This document shows positions 10,569-25,596 of a stretch of 64,000 nucleotides of DNA, piece after piece; the stretch's first letter is position 1, and every line of letters starts with the position of its first letter. A program made the position numbers and the translations under genes. The DNA lies in NCBI RefSeq assembly GCF_009914755.1, contig NC_060947.1, one strand, 5' to 3'. Origin of the DNA: the human T2T-CHM13v2.0 reference genome, Homo sapiens. The notes under the pieces were generated by a model. The model did no database searches. It was not told the origin of the DNA and worked only from the letters and a program-made list of their open reading frames with translations.

Positions 10569-13500
10569 ATTAAAGAAAAAAATAATGTCAGGTTAGTAAA
10601 TAATAGAATCATATATAATATATCTAAGAGGAATGATCAATAATTTAAATAACTGTGTGAACAAAACTCAATGCCCTTTAAAGAGAATGACTCTCCACAA
10701 TGTATCACTCATAATGTCCATTGTCCAACTACAAATTGTTGTCTAGGCATAAAAATAGTAGAAAAATGTGTTCCATAATCAAGGTGAGAATATCAATATT
10801 TGAAAAGTGATTATCATACCCTAACTTGAATCTGTGTTTTATGAGGATGTTACTGTGGCATTTTTCTCAGTGGGAATCTTAAGCCTTTAAAGACTGCCAA
10901 AAATAGGTTGCTATGTTGACTTCACACTTCTGATTTTCTAATCTGGTACAAGTTTCCCAACAGGTTCAATTTAATTGTAATCATATATCTATGACTCAGT
11001 TGTATGTTCACTAATACCTATATAGCATCTAATATCATCTACTATCTGTATATACTAGTTCTCATTTAATTAACTTATGCTTCTTCCTTATTAGTTTTTT
11101 ATTGCTAGTCTTAAAATTTACTAGTTTTCCATTATCATCTTCTCTGATATGCTGTCCCTTGGCCCAAATTTGAAGAGCCCACGAACTATAACAACTTTCT
11201 ATTCTGTTTTCCAAGACTTTATTTACTATAAACTCTTTATGCCGAGGAACATTTACTATATCCAGCACTTTAATGTCTATAGACAGAACTCCAGCAATCA
11301 GACAGCAAGCCTAAAATCTATGTAATAATACTGTCACACTTGTTTTGATTCTGTTATTCCTATAGCTGTGTGAAAGAATGTTCTGTTTTTTTCTGTAGTA
11401 AATAAGTATAATTATTTTAGTTATACATATTTAGAACGAAAACATCAGATACAATTCAAATTTCTTAGATTGAGGAATACATATTTCTATTATCTAAAAT
11501 AAATCAAGTTTTCAAATTTCAGATGCTCCCCAAATGCTATATGCTACCACAATAACACCTAGCTAATTATCACACTATATCTTTGACCGTGCCATTTCCA
11601 AGTTATTGCTCCTTGGTTTTCTAAAAATTTCAAAGCCCAACTTAAATTTTATCTCCCCTTGGAAGCTTTCCCTTCTAATAAATACTTCTATCTGCTTATT
11701 TTCTCTCCATCCATACAACAATAAACTTCATATTTTTTTCATAAACAACTATGCTCACAATTATGTACATAAAATGCGAGCAAATTAATATATGAAGACT
11801 TTCAGCAATTGGACAAAATGTGAAAATGCAGATATTTTCAGATTTCCTTGTGTTCTGTGAGTAGTAAAGGAAGTTGTGCCTAGTGTCTCTCCCCCTCCCC
11901 ACCCCCACACACAGATAAGAAAGAATGTCATTAAATTAAGTCGTGGCAAAAACAAAATCTATGCTTAATAGCATTCTAATTGATCTCATGAACGTTTAAA
12001 ATTTCTAAATAAAAGAATGAAAACTAAGTCTTTAAAAATATTTTGCTATCTTTAGTATCTCCTATAGTTACCTACTTTTAACATTGTAACATTATCTTTA
12101 TTCCTCTTCCCCTTTACCTCTACTTATTTTCCAGTTCTTTTCACCTTTTTATAATCAAAGGCGAATTTAAAAGTTCAAAACTATAATAATGAGATGGGTA
12201 AGGCCAATCATAATTTATTTCAATAAATTGTCAAAGTAGAACAGCTTTGTAACCCCAATGATTTGCTTTTTGCAGAGAAGCTAAAGGCTAGCTTTACAGT
12301 AATAAGATTGATAGAACTTTCTAAAGACTGATAAAATTGAAAGCTTCGTGATCACTCTTTCTTCAACTATTTCTTCTCAGCCGACGATATTTTTTTCCTC
12401 TAATATCTGATCTGCTGCATCTTGGTATTCTATCTAGGTTTCAAATGCTTTTCACTGTGAGTCAATTTTATTCAGTGTTCAGGATTCTCTTATCTGCTGC
12501 TTAAAAGGTAACTTATTTAGTTGCATTTTTTTCCTAGAAGAAGCATATCAATAAAGGGGAGAATATTGTTTTTTCAGTTTCCCCCTGGGAAGATAAAACT
12601 CAGTAATCTTTTTGCATAGCAGAGATAAAAACAGACAAATGTAGTCAAGCCCACACAATACACAAGAGAATTCAATTTGATGTCCCATGAGGCCCATGGA
12701 AAGTAAATGCATGCATTCTCTCCGCTCAACAATTTAGATCCAATCAAGACGAATTGCACATTTACATGAAAATTCATGGTAGAAAAAACAGGATATTTAC
12801 TTTTACTTTTCAGATGCTTTTGATGCAGCAATAACAGGAATATTAGTGATAATGCATTTCAAAATATAACTCATTTAACAAATCCTTACTGTAACACAGA
12901 GGCCTCTCAAAGGAGAAACTGCAGGTCTTGAATAACAAAATTGAGTCATGCCTTTCATGCTGAACTCCTATGTTCTTTAAAGTGCACAGCCCATCATTAA
13001 CATTCAATATTAAATAACCATGAGTACCAGTTCACATCTAACAGTACTCCTTTCTCCATCAACCTTCATCCATCCACATGTTAAACTCTAGCAGGATCAT
13101 CAATTTAACTGGAGAAAAACCGACCTTTCATGTTTCTTTTATTCTACTTGGGTAAAATCTGAAAAATATTCATCTCTTTTGCAAGCTTTCTTCAGGGCTT
13201 CCTTTCCATAAATTACCATAAAAGCCAAACCTGGATGAATCAATAGGCTTTACCCAACATATCAGATGTGCTGAAACAGAGACAGGTAAAAAATTATCAC
13301 AAGTCATCAATAATAAATTAGTTTGTCTGCAGTAGTGATATCAGGCCAATGTGAGGAAGGACTTACTCCTGAGCTATTAATCCTATCATAAGAAAATTCC
13401 AGTGATGAAAGATACAATTTAAGAACAAAAATGTGTTCGTCAAATTATTTTCCTCTTACTTTCATCAAGTCAATTAACTGAAAAAAATACTTTAAATTCT

Positions 13501-15189
13501 TTCTTCCACTCAACTGTTTTAGGTACTTCTGCCAAAAAATAGGACCACAGTGTGCTATACAGTCTCCTATAGGAAATTAATCAGAGATTCTGTGAACCCA
13601 CAGAAGTGACACTGAAATTAGAGTAGATTTGAGATTTCAAAAGGAATCAATGTAGTAGGAAAACAGCGGGTGGCAAATTGATTTCAAAATAGCGAAACAA
13701 GCTGTAGGAATCTGTGAGTCAGAAATGGATATTTAAAATATATTATTTTGAAGTAATTATAATAGCCTGTAGACTATTAGTAAAACCATTTTACATTCTA
13801 ATCACTAACAATGTCATAATTTCTTAATTAAATATAATACATATAAAGTCTATATCATGAGAAACTATAGTTTTCTCATTGCCAGAAACAATCAATCCAT
13901 GTCTAAAGAAGTACCTTTAGTTTGTATTCGTTGCCATTTTAAAAGTGTGGATAGAATGATGAGTACACTATGAATATCACAAGAGCAGTTGAAGAGGCAA
14001 GCATTAAAAGATGGACAGAAAAATCTCAAACATTGGGAGAATAGTTATATGTTGCTACTGAATGTAGAAAGGGGATTATGAGGACAACACTAAGGGTGGG
14101 AGTGGATTACAATGTGTATAAGAAAGAATTCCATCACAGAGAGTACTGCCTTCCACAATGCCATGGTCTGCCTTCTAATCTTCCAAATTCCATCTCTCTG
14201 AAGTTGTTCCATCAGAAGCAAGACATCTGCAAAACTTACTATGGATGAGTATCCCTTTCTCTGTATAGAACTCACTAAATGACTTCAGTATCATGTCAGA
14301 AACAGATATTTCAACTCTACACTCTGTCATTTTTCTATTCTACTTCTAATCAACTGTAAACAAAATGGGCATAACTAAGAGAACATTTTCTAGAGATGTT
14401 TATAAAGTTTTGTTTTGAAGTTAGAAAATAATTTACTTTGAATTTAACTTTAGCGATAATTCGTGATCATTTTTTCACTACCCTCTTCAACTTCTGTCAA
14501 CAACACATTAGACTAGCCCACAGTTCCTAAATCAGTATTTGTCAATTCTCTCTCTTTATTAGGAAAGGTAGAAAAATAATAGGTTACAAAATAAAAAGAG
14601 TTACCTATTCCTCTAGTCATTTACTTCGGCAGCAATTTCAATGTCTTGTCAGTACCTATGAACAAAATAGAAGGCTCAAGGTGTAGCTACTTAATCTGCT
14701 CCTTCTGCACTAAGGCAGAAATGGCTAGCTTCACCATTGCAGACTCTGAAGAAAGTAAAGTTTATAGCCTCACTTTACCAAATATTAACCATTTAGTGGC
14801 TTTCCTTGGCTTTAATTCTGGATCAAGTTCTTGAGTACTGTACTTTGTGTACTGTGCACTGAATGAATAACTTTGCATTTGTATTTACGTTATTTTCATT
14901 TGGTAATCCAATCTATCTGGAATTACAATGTCTTTGATAAGAATAATATATTTTTAAAAGAGGTCATACATCTTTGCTAAAATGTACTTTTGGAAAATAC
15001 ATGGCCTCTCCCTGCCAGCAGTCACTTTGGGTTAAAAACTAAAAATCAAATCTCTTACTTATGAGTCATGGTTTCAAAAGACCTTCCTTTGTCATTTGCA
15101 AGTTAAACAAATATGAATATTACACAGTTTTTTTTTTACCATTGATTCAGATTATAATTTATAGCTATAGTACCTGCCAGAACATCTCT

Positions 15190-16008
15190 TAGCTTCCTCT
15201 TAGCAACTCTTCCCTTTTCTAATCTATCTCCCTCTGTACTGTAGCCAGGGTGATATTTTCAAATTTGAGCATCTAATCAACTGAAGCTCTTTCTTGCTTA
15301 AAATGTTTTAATGTCTTTGAATCCCTCAAAGAACCCACACAACCATATCTGTTTTCGCCTACCCCTCCAGTCTCATCTCACATCTCCCTCTCTTCTCTTG
15401 CCATATTGCTATCAGTTTCTATTTCCGCCAACCATTAGCTATCATTTGAAACCCTCCTCCTATGATATCCTTCTCCCTCTCTACTATACACACAAAAATA
15501 CTTTATCTTTCAGATAACTTCCTTGGGGTGAGGGGATCTATGCTGACTTCAGTTTATGTCAATTTATTTTTGTTAAGGGCTCTCAAAAAATAATGTTTTC
15601 TTTCTTTTGAAGTTCTTATCTTGAATGTTATTTGTGTATTCAATAGTGGAATTGTTTAATTGATGCCCATTTCATATACTAGCAAAGCTTCTTCACTGTG
15701 ACATTGCTAGCATTTGGGCTGAGTAGTATTTTATGATGGAGGCTGTCTTGTGCACTATAGTATATTTAGCAGCATTTTTAGCCTCTGTCCACCAGATTCT
15801 AGTACCACACTTCCCTCCCCACCACAACTAGAGTGTGACAACCGTAAATGTCTCCAGATACATTCGCATATATTGCACCAGGGTACAGTTACCAAACCAT
15901 TAACTCTATGAATGTAGTGACCTATTTTTTGCTCATTATTTTATTCCTATGCCTAAGATAGTGCTGAGTTTTAGTGGGTACTTAATAAATATGTTTAAAT
16001 GATAAATG
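15190..16008 (+). mobile_element. Degenerate L2 3' region, interrupted by MER20
   Basis: L2-like end GTGCTGAGTTTTAGTGGGTACTTAATAAATATGTTTAAATGATAAATG, with CT-rich L2-like body upstream. Confidence 0.55.
15682..15908. mobile_element. MER20 (hAT) DNA transposon
   Basis: CATTTGGGCTGAGTAGT..GGCTGTCTTGTGCACTATAG..TTTAGCAGCAT..GTGTGACAACCGTAAATGTCTCCAGA. Confidence 0.75.
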
Positions 16009-18963
16009 TTGAGTCATGAAGTTTTTTTATAGCAGAATTTGAAAACATACCTTGTCAAAATGTGAGAGCCATGAAAAATGCATCTAGCCATTTATTTTAA
16101 AAGCTTTCAAAAAAAAGCTTTCAAATGCTAAGAGAATTGCATACTACTGTCTATACAAAAAGGAAAAGTTAATCTAACTATGCTTCAAGCATTTTTTCAA
16201 AAAGCAAAACATTTAAAACATTGTGATGTAGGAATATGTGAAAAATCTACCATTTAATAAAGTTACCCTCTTTCAAATTACTTTACCACTACTTAAAGGA
16301 GGACGTATAGAGTTGTTCATGTTGATAAAGGTAAAATATTATACTTGCCTCCGCATATTTCCTTAGCTCAATCTGATTTTAAAGTAATAAGCTGAAACTT
16401 ATTTTCTACATGACTGAATACATAGATTAAGTTTGGGCTGGTAAAATTACTATCTGGTCTTACCAGTGTTTAATGTTTTTAAACATTTAACCATTGAACA
16501 AAAGATGGGTACTATACTTCAAGGGAATTATGCCTTTATCTCTCCTGGTTTTTTAATTCAAAATAGAAGCTTGACTAATGTTTATACAAATATGAATAAA
16601 AATTCAAATCAATTAAGTCAAAAGATTTTGTTGTGATAAGAATAACTTTACCAGTCTATCTTTAATTCATCATACAAGACCCAGTGTTCTGAAGCTGTGT
16701 TACCAGATGCATTATAATTAAGTTAATAATGGATATAATAGTGATTTATTTGAATGCATCCACTTCAACTATTCTCTCAAGTCCTGTATACCTGTAAGTA
16801 ATTTATCTGTTCTTAGATTTGTTTGGTATTCAGAATAGAATTATCACTTTGGATGAAACAAGACACAGTTTTATAAATGTTGTATAAAGAGTTCTGGGAA
16901 ACACCATGGAAACCATTTATTTTACTAAATACACTGGAACTGGCTCTTTAAAAGTATAGTATCCTGAAATTAAGAGACTCACCAAAATTTTCTGGGTATA
17001 TAGCTGTGAGTTAGGTAGAATAGTTAAGGAAATAAGACACAATCTGGAAACATTTTTTTTTCTCTTTCAGTTCTACCAGACTTCAATGCTTTAATATTTA
17101 TCTCTTGAACACTTTGCATTTTTCAGTTAAAGTATGCCATCTAACTACAGAAAAATTATCCTTGATATGATTCAAGAGGTGCATGATGCCACTGAAAATA
17201 AAATACAAGTTAATTGGGTCAAAGGAAACCAAGCTGATTATCGTACCCACTTTGTAGCTACAATCCCACGTGATAATACATAGGCCTATGAGGAAATATG
17301 TACGCTGCTCTGCTAGAGTTGTTTTTACCAGGAAAGTGGAGCTAAATCTTAACACTGGAGTCAGGTTCTGAAATTAAACAAAAAAAAAATACATATATGC
17401 ATAATTACCATTCAAAATCTCTTAGGAATGTGTCTTATTGGAAAATACTATTGCTCAATGAAAACATTATACTGGGGACTAACATCTCATATTAATTCCC
17501 ACCTAGACAATTTTTCCTTTAGCATGGGTACAGATGGCTGCTTATTCAGTGGAGTACCAGAATTAGTCAAAGGTTTGCTTTTAGAGGTCATGAGTTATGA
17601 CTCATCCTTAGGAGAATGAAGTGCTTCCATTCTGAGAGGCACATGAAAATTCAATCTCCTGAGAGAACATCAGATTCACATCTTTTGCCTCGAGCTGCCT
17701 GCAGGATATATGCTTATAAATTAGAGGTGGAAAAAGGCCCATAATAACATTTATATTTTATCTCTAGCTTTGTCCTATACTAAAATTTTCATATACTAAA
17801 TGCATGTCTTGCCTAGCTACAGAATCACAAAAATGGATTTATTTTCATTTGTATCCTCATATCTAAACATAAATTGGCAAACTATATACACTTACAAATA
17901 CTTTATTAATGTAAGAGTTTAATCTGATGTTTATGATTTTGATATTTTAAAATTTAACTTGATAAAGTACAAAATTCAATTAGTTACAGGATTATAAAAT
18001 ACATAAACCAAATCTATAGGGTCTATGATGAATTTCCTTTTTTTTCCCTGATTTCAAATCTTCATTCCCTATAAATCCTACCCCACCCGCTTCTTTTATT
18101 CAAGAAATTTTATGCTCTCCATTACCCATGGGTTCCCTTCTAAACAATGGCTCTTGTCTTCCATAACTTGACTCTGGTTTACTTTCAACTTTAGACACCA
18201 CTACTTCTATATACGTACTGGTTTGGTTCTCCTAATCATTGTCACATAATCGTTTTATTTCTTGCATCTTCACAATGTGTTTATCCCATATCTCTGGTCC
18301 TAAACGGTCTTCCCACCAATAATTTCCAACTTAACTCCTACCAGCTCTGTTATAACCAAAGCAAGCCTTATGTCCTCTAATTCTGCCAGAATACTTCCCT
18401 CTTCTTAGCTCATATGATGACAACTATTAATACCTTGTCATTTTATTGAGAATTCATATTCTAATTAGAGCCAGGTTCTTTTTATATATTATTTTATTCA
18501 ATACTTAAAGCAGAGAAATAGAAGGATGACTATTCTTATGTTACAAGCAGGATAACATAGGCTGAGAAGTAAATTACTTGAGGTAAAAAAAACACTAGGG
18601 TAGAGGAGCTGTAACATGAATCAAGAACCCTTTAACCCTCAAATTATGCTCTTTCCACATATACCAAGAAGCCTCACAACATCTTTGTGTGTTCCATTTA
18701 GACTTATTAAATTTGCTATGTTATTATTCCTACTGTGTTTTATGTGAGTAATCTCTAATCAACTAGATTTTGATTAATCAAAAGCCATTTCCTAAATATC
18801 CTAATGATAGTCCAAAACACAGAAAGTGTTTAATACAATTATTGAGACATTTTCTAATAAGACCACATTGAGTTTTTATGTCTATTTTTTTTTCTGATGC
18901 CACCAGCAACAAAGTACAGCAATTCATTTAAAAACAAAACAAAACAAAACAAAAAAACATAGT

Positions 18964-19625
18964 GTGGAGAAAAAGGAACACCTATACAATGTCGGTGGGA
19001 GTGTAAATTAGTTTGACCATTGTGGAAGACAGTATGGAGATTCCTCAAAATCCTAAAGACAGAAATACCATACGATCCAGCAATCCCATTACTGTGTATA
19101 TACCCAAAGTAATATAAATTGTTCTATTATAAAGACACATGCACACATATGATCATTGCAGCAGTATTCACAACAGCAAAAACATAAAATCAACCTAAAT
19201 GCCCATCTGTGATAGACTGGATAAAGAAAATGTGATACATATACAACAGAGAATACTATACAGCCATAAAAAGAATGAGATTATGCCGTTTGCAGGAAAA
19301 TGGATGAACTGGGGGCCATCATTCTTAGCAAACTAATGCAGGAAAAGAAAACCAAATACTGCATGCTCTCACTTAAAAGTGGGAGGTAAATGATGAGAAA
19401 GCATGGACACAGAGGGGAACAACACACACTGGAGCCTATTGGAGGGTGGAAGGTAGGAGGAGGGAAGGGATCAGAAAAAAATAACTAATGGATGCTAGTC
19501 TTAATACCTGGGTGACAAAATAGTCTGCACAACAAGCCCCTCATGACACAAGTTTACTTATGAAACAAACTGGCACATGTACCCCTTAGCTTAAAAGCAA
19601 AAAAGAAACAACATAAAATAAAAAA
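18964..19625 (+). mobile_element. L1PA (L1PA8-11-like) 3' fragment
   Basis: GTGGAGAAAAAGGAACAC..GGGAGTGTAAATTAGT..AAAGACACATGCAC..3'UTR GGATCAGAAAAAAATAACTAATGG, followed by an A-rich tail. Confidence 0.9.
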
Positions 19626-19751
19626 TTCTGATGGAACTGTTTCTAAACTCTGCTATAATAAAAGCTAATTTTTCACCTGTAGCCCTCAAGTTCCTTATCA
19701 GTAAAATGAGCTTAATTGTGAAGTCATTTCTAGCTTTAAAATTTTGGGCCA

Positions 19752-20093
<342 letters not shown>

Positions 20094-21228
20094 TTATTAG
20101 GCAGTTCAAATGAGATAAATGTAAACAGTCTTCAATATGAAATACTATGTAGATATATAGAACTGTTATTAATTTGGGTTTAAGATTAATACATAAAATA
20201 ATAAATTCATTTGCAATATGTCCTAATAACTAGGAGACTTGATCGTTTAGTGGCTCTAATTCTCAAAAACGTGTTGAAGTTGAATTGTATTTTTATACAG
20301 AAATCAGGTTAAAACCCAATATTATTATACACATTGTTACCAACTTCTGATTTTAAATATTAGAAAACACTATACTAAATACTTATAATAGTTATTTTTT
20401 GCATTACTTTCAATATACAGCATATGTGGTAATTGGCTTGTTGACAGCATGTTGGCTTTTAACATTTCCAAATTTAAGTTTTTGTACTTAGTTTTTGGTT
20501 TCTCTGTTTTACTTATTTTGTAATAATTTCCAGGGGAAGAAGTCTCAAGTTTTCTTTGAGAGCTTGGCTTTCTCCTTTGATTTCTTCACTTTGTATATGA
20601 GAAAAAGAACTGCTTATGGAAATGCAGTATTTCATATTTTAGTAATCAATCAAAAGCAATAAATACTGCACAATCAGCATATTAGCAATGCACTTAGATA
20701 TCTTATTGATCTCAGGAACATTAACACTACCAGCGTTATGACCACATTCTGCTCTTGGATACATATGCTATTCTCAGTGGCTCGATTTCATTAAGAGCTG
20801 TGTTCATATAGGCAAGGGCAAAACTACACTTAAAAATGGACTCAGTAACTGCCTGTAAATTTATTTTAAGAGTTTTATATTTTATTATATATTTGGGATA
20901 TAGCATGCATACCCTGTATTTCTTGGTAAAAACCTAACTATAAAAAAAAACCAACAAATGAACCTTTAAAATATGCATTTACTTCTACTGCTCCATTTGG
21001 AACTTGTCAAATTTGGTTAATATGAAGTTAACTGTTAACCTAATAAAGTACACTGGCCTATATGGATCCTGTGGTGAAATTTCCAATATCATATATGTAT
21101 TAATTGTGAAGTTATTTGAGTTTGGTACAAGTACACACATAAGAATCCACCGGAAATATAAATACAAGTAAAGCATAACAATTCAGTGAATTCCCTTTGG
21201 GATCTGTCAATATGGGGAAAAAAGAGTT

Positions 21229-22098
21229 ATTGGGTTCTGTTATAAAACTCGTTTTGCTAAGGATAGAAAACCAAATACCACAATGTTCTCACTTACAAGC
21301 GGGGGCTAAATGATGAGAACACATGGACACATAGAGAACAACACACTGGGGCCTACTGCAGAGTGGAGGGTGGAAGGTGAGAGAGGATTAGGAAAAATAG
21401 CTAATGGGTACTAGGCTTAAAACCTGTCTCTGGAAATATCTGCACAACAAATCTCCATGATACACATTTATCTATGTAACAAACCTGCACACATACCCCT
21501 GAACTTAAAATAAACGTAAAACAAAAAACACTTGTTTTGAAAACACAAATTTGTTTCAGCGTAACTATTAGGAAACAATTTGAGAATGACACAAATTACG
21601 CACTGCATTTGTGCAGTGTCATGGGTGAGAACCGCTGGGTGAACTCAGAAATTGCATTCTGCTCAATGGAACAATGGAGTTGGACACAAAACACATGCAC
21701 TCACCTCAAGTATACACCAGCTACCTCAGTTCACTCCCACCCACATCTGGCATTCAAACTTCACTTCTTATTTCAGATAGCCCACATTCTATCACTTCAC
21801 AATAACTAACAAAAGCAAACCCTCTGCATGCTCACTTCCACGAGCATTGAGCCTTTTTCAAGGTAAAGTGTCTTATTTATTGTATTATTTATATACATCT
21901 TAACCATCTAACATGTATAAAACCATGATCCCATTTTCATTAGATTCTTAGATATTTTTATATGACACTGACAAAATTTTTTAAAAGTGTCTTTTTGCTT
22001 AACTCCATTTTGCATAGACCTTGTGGCTTTTATTCTACAATTTTGCATAGTGCAAAGAATTTTAGGAACACATATGTCATTTTATAGCAGAACTCGGT
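21229..22098 (-). mobile_element. Tigger8-like TcMar DNA transposon split by an L1PA
   Basis: Inverted termini GTTCTGTTATAA (~21233) / TTATAGCAGAAC (~22082). Internal CAGCTACCTCAGTTCAC and TTTTTCAAGGTAAAGTG match the remembered consensus. Confidence 0.7.
21265..21528 (+). mobile_element. L1PA (L1PA10-13-like) 3' end
   Basis: AGAAAACCAAATACCAC..ATGTTCTCACTTA..GAGAACACATGGACAC..CCCTGAACTTAAAATAAA, with a degenerate TSD ACTCGTTTTG/ACTTGTTTTG. Confidence 0.88.
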
Positions 22099-22620
22099 AG
22101 ACCATAAAACTATATACAAATAATTTTGAGAACTTATATTGATCTGATAGAGACAATGATAATTTTACAAGATTATTAATAATCTATTATATATATTAGG
22201 CATAATTTTATGCATGGAAAATTATGCCAACTCTGATTTTTAGGAAAATATAGATATAAAACAAGGCAAAATAATTTCATTTAATGTAGTCAATATTTTT
22301 ATCTTCATACTACTAAAGCAATAGTTGGAAACATTTAATGTTTTACTTTCATGAACCTATTAATGATATGGTCTATGTTATTAAACTTTTGAGGTAAATA
22401 TAATTTCTCTTTTATATGATCACCAGAACCCCCACTCTCAATTTGCTCAGGAATTATTAAATACTCTTCTAGATACTACCGCACAAGTAAAAAATTGTAC
22501 AAATAAAATTGCACACCCTACTGAGAAAAGAACTCTATTTTAGTAACCTTGGTAAAAATTAGAGTATTTTGAAGGTTATTATAATGTACACCCAGAGTAA
22601 TATTTAAAGCTGACAAATTA

Positions 22621-22980
<360 letters not shown>

Positions 22981-23943
22981 TTAAAGTCATATTTATTTTT
23001 ATGCTAAATCTATGGATGTTTCAACAATACAGTATTTTATAGCTTGGAACAAGCTTATCACATATACAAAAAAATCACTTACATTATAGAAACATGACTT
23101 AGTTTAGAAAACTAGAAAAGGTCAAAAATAGCAGCACATACTTATAATTCATATCTTTCATTTGAAACCTATGAAGACTGAATAAAGACATATGATATAT
23201 ATATCTAAGGAAAAAGCAAATAAAAAAAGACTGCTAATATTAAATTGTCTTGAAGTTAAAATTAGCCAAATACTCAATACCATCCCCGCTGAAGTCCTGT
23301 GACATTTTCAGAAATATTTTAAAAATCTGAAATGCAAATTAATGAGTATTGTCTTCCATTGCCTTAGCTGTCTTTTTCCCATTCATTAATACTTAGTTTT
23401 AAGAAATCAACATATACTTATTCTACTACTGGTAGGTAAAATAATTCAAGTTTCATTCTGTTTTCTAATGCTGGTTTAAGATAATATTTCCAATGTTTGA
23501 GTGCAAAATTATTTACTCAGAAAATTCAGTGACAATTCAACTTCACTATAATCTACTTACATTTAGAAAACAAATTTTAAAAGATGCTTATCTTTTCTCT
23601 TTGCCTTTAGCACTATGGGAAAAAATATTTTTGAAATTATTTAAATGCAATTAAAAGTGATTTTTAAATTTAATTTGATTAGCAAACTAAAAAGTCAATC
23701 ACGTTTTAATTCTACGGATCAATATCAGAAAACCAATCACAAAGCAAATAGTATTAGAAGTTAATTTCATATAATGTTTTTACTTTTATTCATCTACTTA
23801 GGGATAAATTTACAGATGTATTTACCTTCAAAAAACATTTATTCGTTCTGTCAGTCTGAATTTATTGACCACAATGTACATGCTAAGGTTAAAAACAATT
23901 GTACAAAGGCTTATCTGCCATCAGGATGTATATAGTAGAGTAG

Positions 23944-24150
23944 TTTATTTTTATTTTTTGTGCAAACTTAGTAGGTATATATATTTTGGGGTTACATGAG
24001 ATATTTTGATACAGGCATGCAATGCATCATAATTACACCAGGGTAAATGGGGTATCCATCACCTCAAGCATTTATCCTTTGTGTTACAAACAATTAAATT
24101 ATACTTTTAGTTATTTTTAAATGTGCAATTAAATTATTTTTGACTATAGT
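23944..24150 (-). mobile_element. L1MA (L1MA2/3-like) 3' end
   Basis: GATACAGGCATGCAATG..GGGGTATCCATCACCTCAAGCATTTATCCTTTGTGTTACAAAC. Confidence 0.85.
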
Positions 24151-24729
24151 TTTTCAAAATTAAATATCTCTTAAGATTTCCAAGCCTTTTAACTGCATAT
24201 ATTTTTCAGAGATCATTAGCATAGAAAATTTAAATAATCGACTCTTCCTGCACTGCTTTAAATCATGCAGTACCTCCCCACTACCTGTAAGACCATGTAT
24301 GATCCCAGTATTCAATTTTGTCTTATGCCACACTCAAACACTGCACTTCAGCCATAACTACTATTTGCAATATACCAGAATTCACCACGTGACTCTTGAC
24401 TCAAGTGCTTTAATCTTGCTGTTTCCTCTGTTAACATTCCTCCCTGAATCCTTTGCATGTCTGGTTCCTTATAACCTTTTCCCAGAATCTTCCATCGTCC
24501 ATGTTTTTGTCTGTTTGTTCTTGTTCATTCTCATTCTCATATTCATTAGTTCAATCTCTACCTGTCTGTCTGCCTGCCTGTCTCTCTCTTGCTCCCTCAT
24601 TCCCTTTCTGCAGGCCTCTGTTTCAGCCTCTGAAAATCATCAAAAACGTGTGTGTTGCAGTGCACACAAATTCACAGTCTTTAAGGTTTATATCAAAAAT
24701 CGAAAATTCTGCATCATACATGATAAATA

Positions 24730-25530
24730 TTTTCAACTTGGGTAGATAATTCCCAACCATTTTCTAAAGTGGCCCTGTAAATTTATATTTCTGCTAAGAG
24801 CTCCTGAAGCTTCACTTCTCAGTTATCACTTGGCATTAACAAACATTTTGAAGCAATTTTTGCTAATCTTATGAGAGTGAAGTGATATTTTATTGTGGCT
24901 TTAATTTATATTTTCCTGATTATTAATGAGGCTAAGCATCTTTTCAAAAGCTTTGAATTTCCTCACTGAAAAGTTCCGAGTCAAGTATTTTACTCAGTCT
25001 CTATAGGGCTTTTGATAGAAGCTCTTCACACAATCTGATACATGCTTCTACTCAGTTATATGCATTGGAAATATCTTCTTCTGCCCATTTATTGGCCTTT
25101 CTAATTTTTTAATAGTGTCTGTTGATAAACAGAAGTTAATGATTTAAATGTAAATGCTATTTTAAAAATGTTTTCCCTTACGCTACTGTTTTAAAGTCTT
25201 GTTTAGCAAAGCACCTATCTTCAGGTCAGGAAGTTAATCTCAATACTCTTCTATCTATTTAATGTTTCTACCTTTCAGCTTTTAATCCATTTGGAATTCT
25301 TTCCTTATACGGTATGATCTGAAGATTCAGATTTATTTCTTTCCACATGGACAGGAAATTTCTCAGCACCATTTGAGAGAGAACATCCATTTTCTACTGT
25401 TCTTCAGCACTATTTCTGTCATAAATCAAGTACCATTTATGCCAGAATCTGGGTCTATGCTCTCTATTGTGCTCCATCAGTTTACTTGTCTACCGTGCAA
25501 ATAATGCACTCAACTTGATTACCATAGCTT
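24730..25530 (-). mobile_element. Old L1M (L1ME-like) ORF2 3' fragment
   Basis: GTGAAGTGATATTTTATTGTGGCTTTAATTTATATTTTCCTGATTATTAATGAGGCTAAGCATCTTTTCA and other antisense L1 motifs, heavily diverged. Confidence 0.65.
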
Positions 25531-25596
25531 TCTTATATGCTAGGTTATATTGCAGAAGAAGCTCTTCGATTTTTCTTCAAGAATATCTTTGTTATT

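Noticed and set aside
11062-11268. 68-aa ORF in unique DNA
   Set aside because: Non-ATG start, no recognisable homology and no convincing donor site.
14625-14635. CTTCGGCAGCA matches the U6 snRNA 5' region
   Set aside because: Only 11 nt, the flanks do not match U6, and it is expected by chance.
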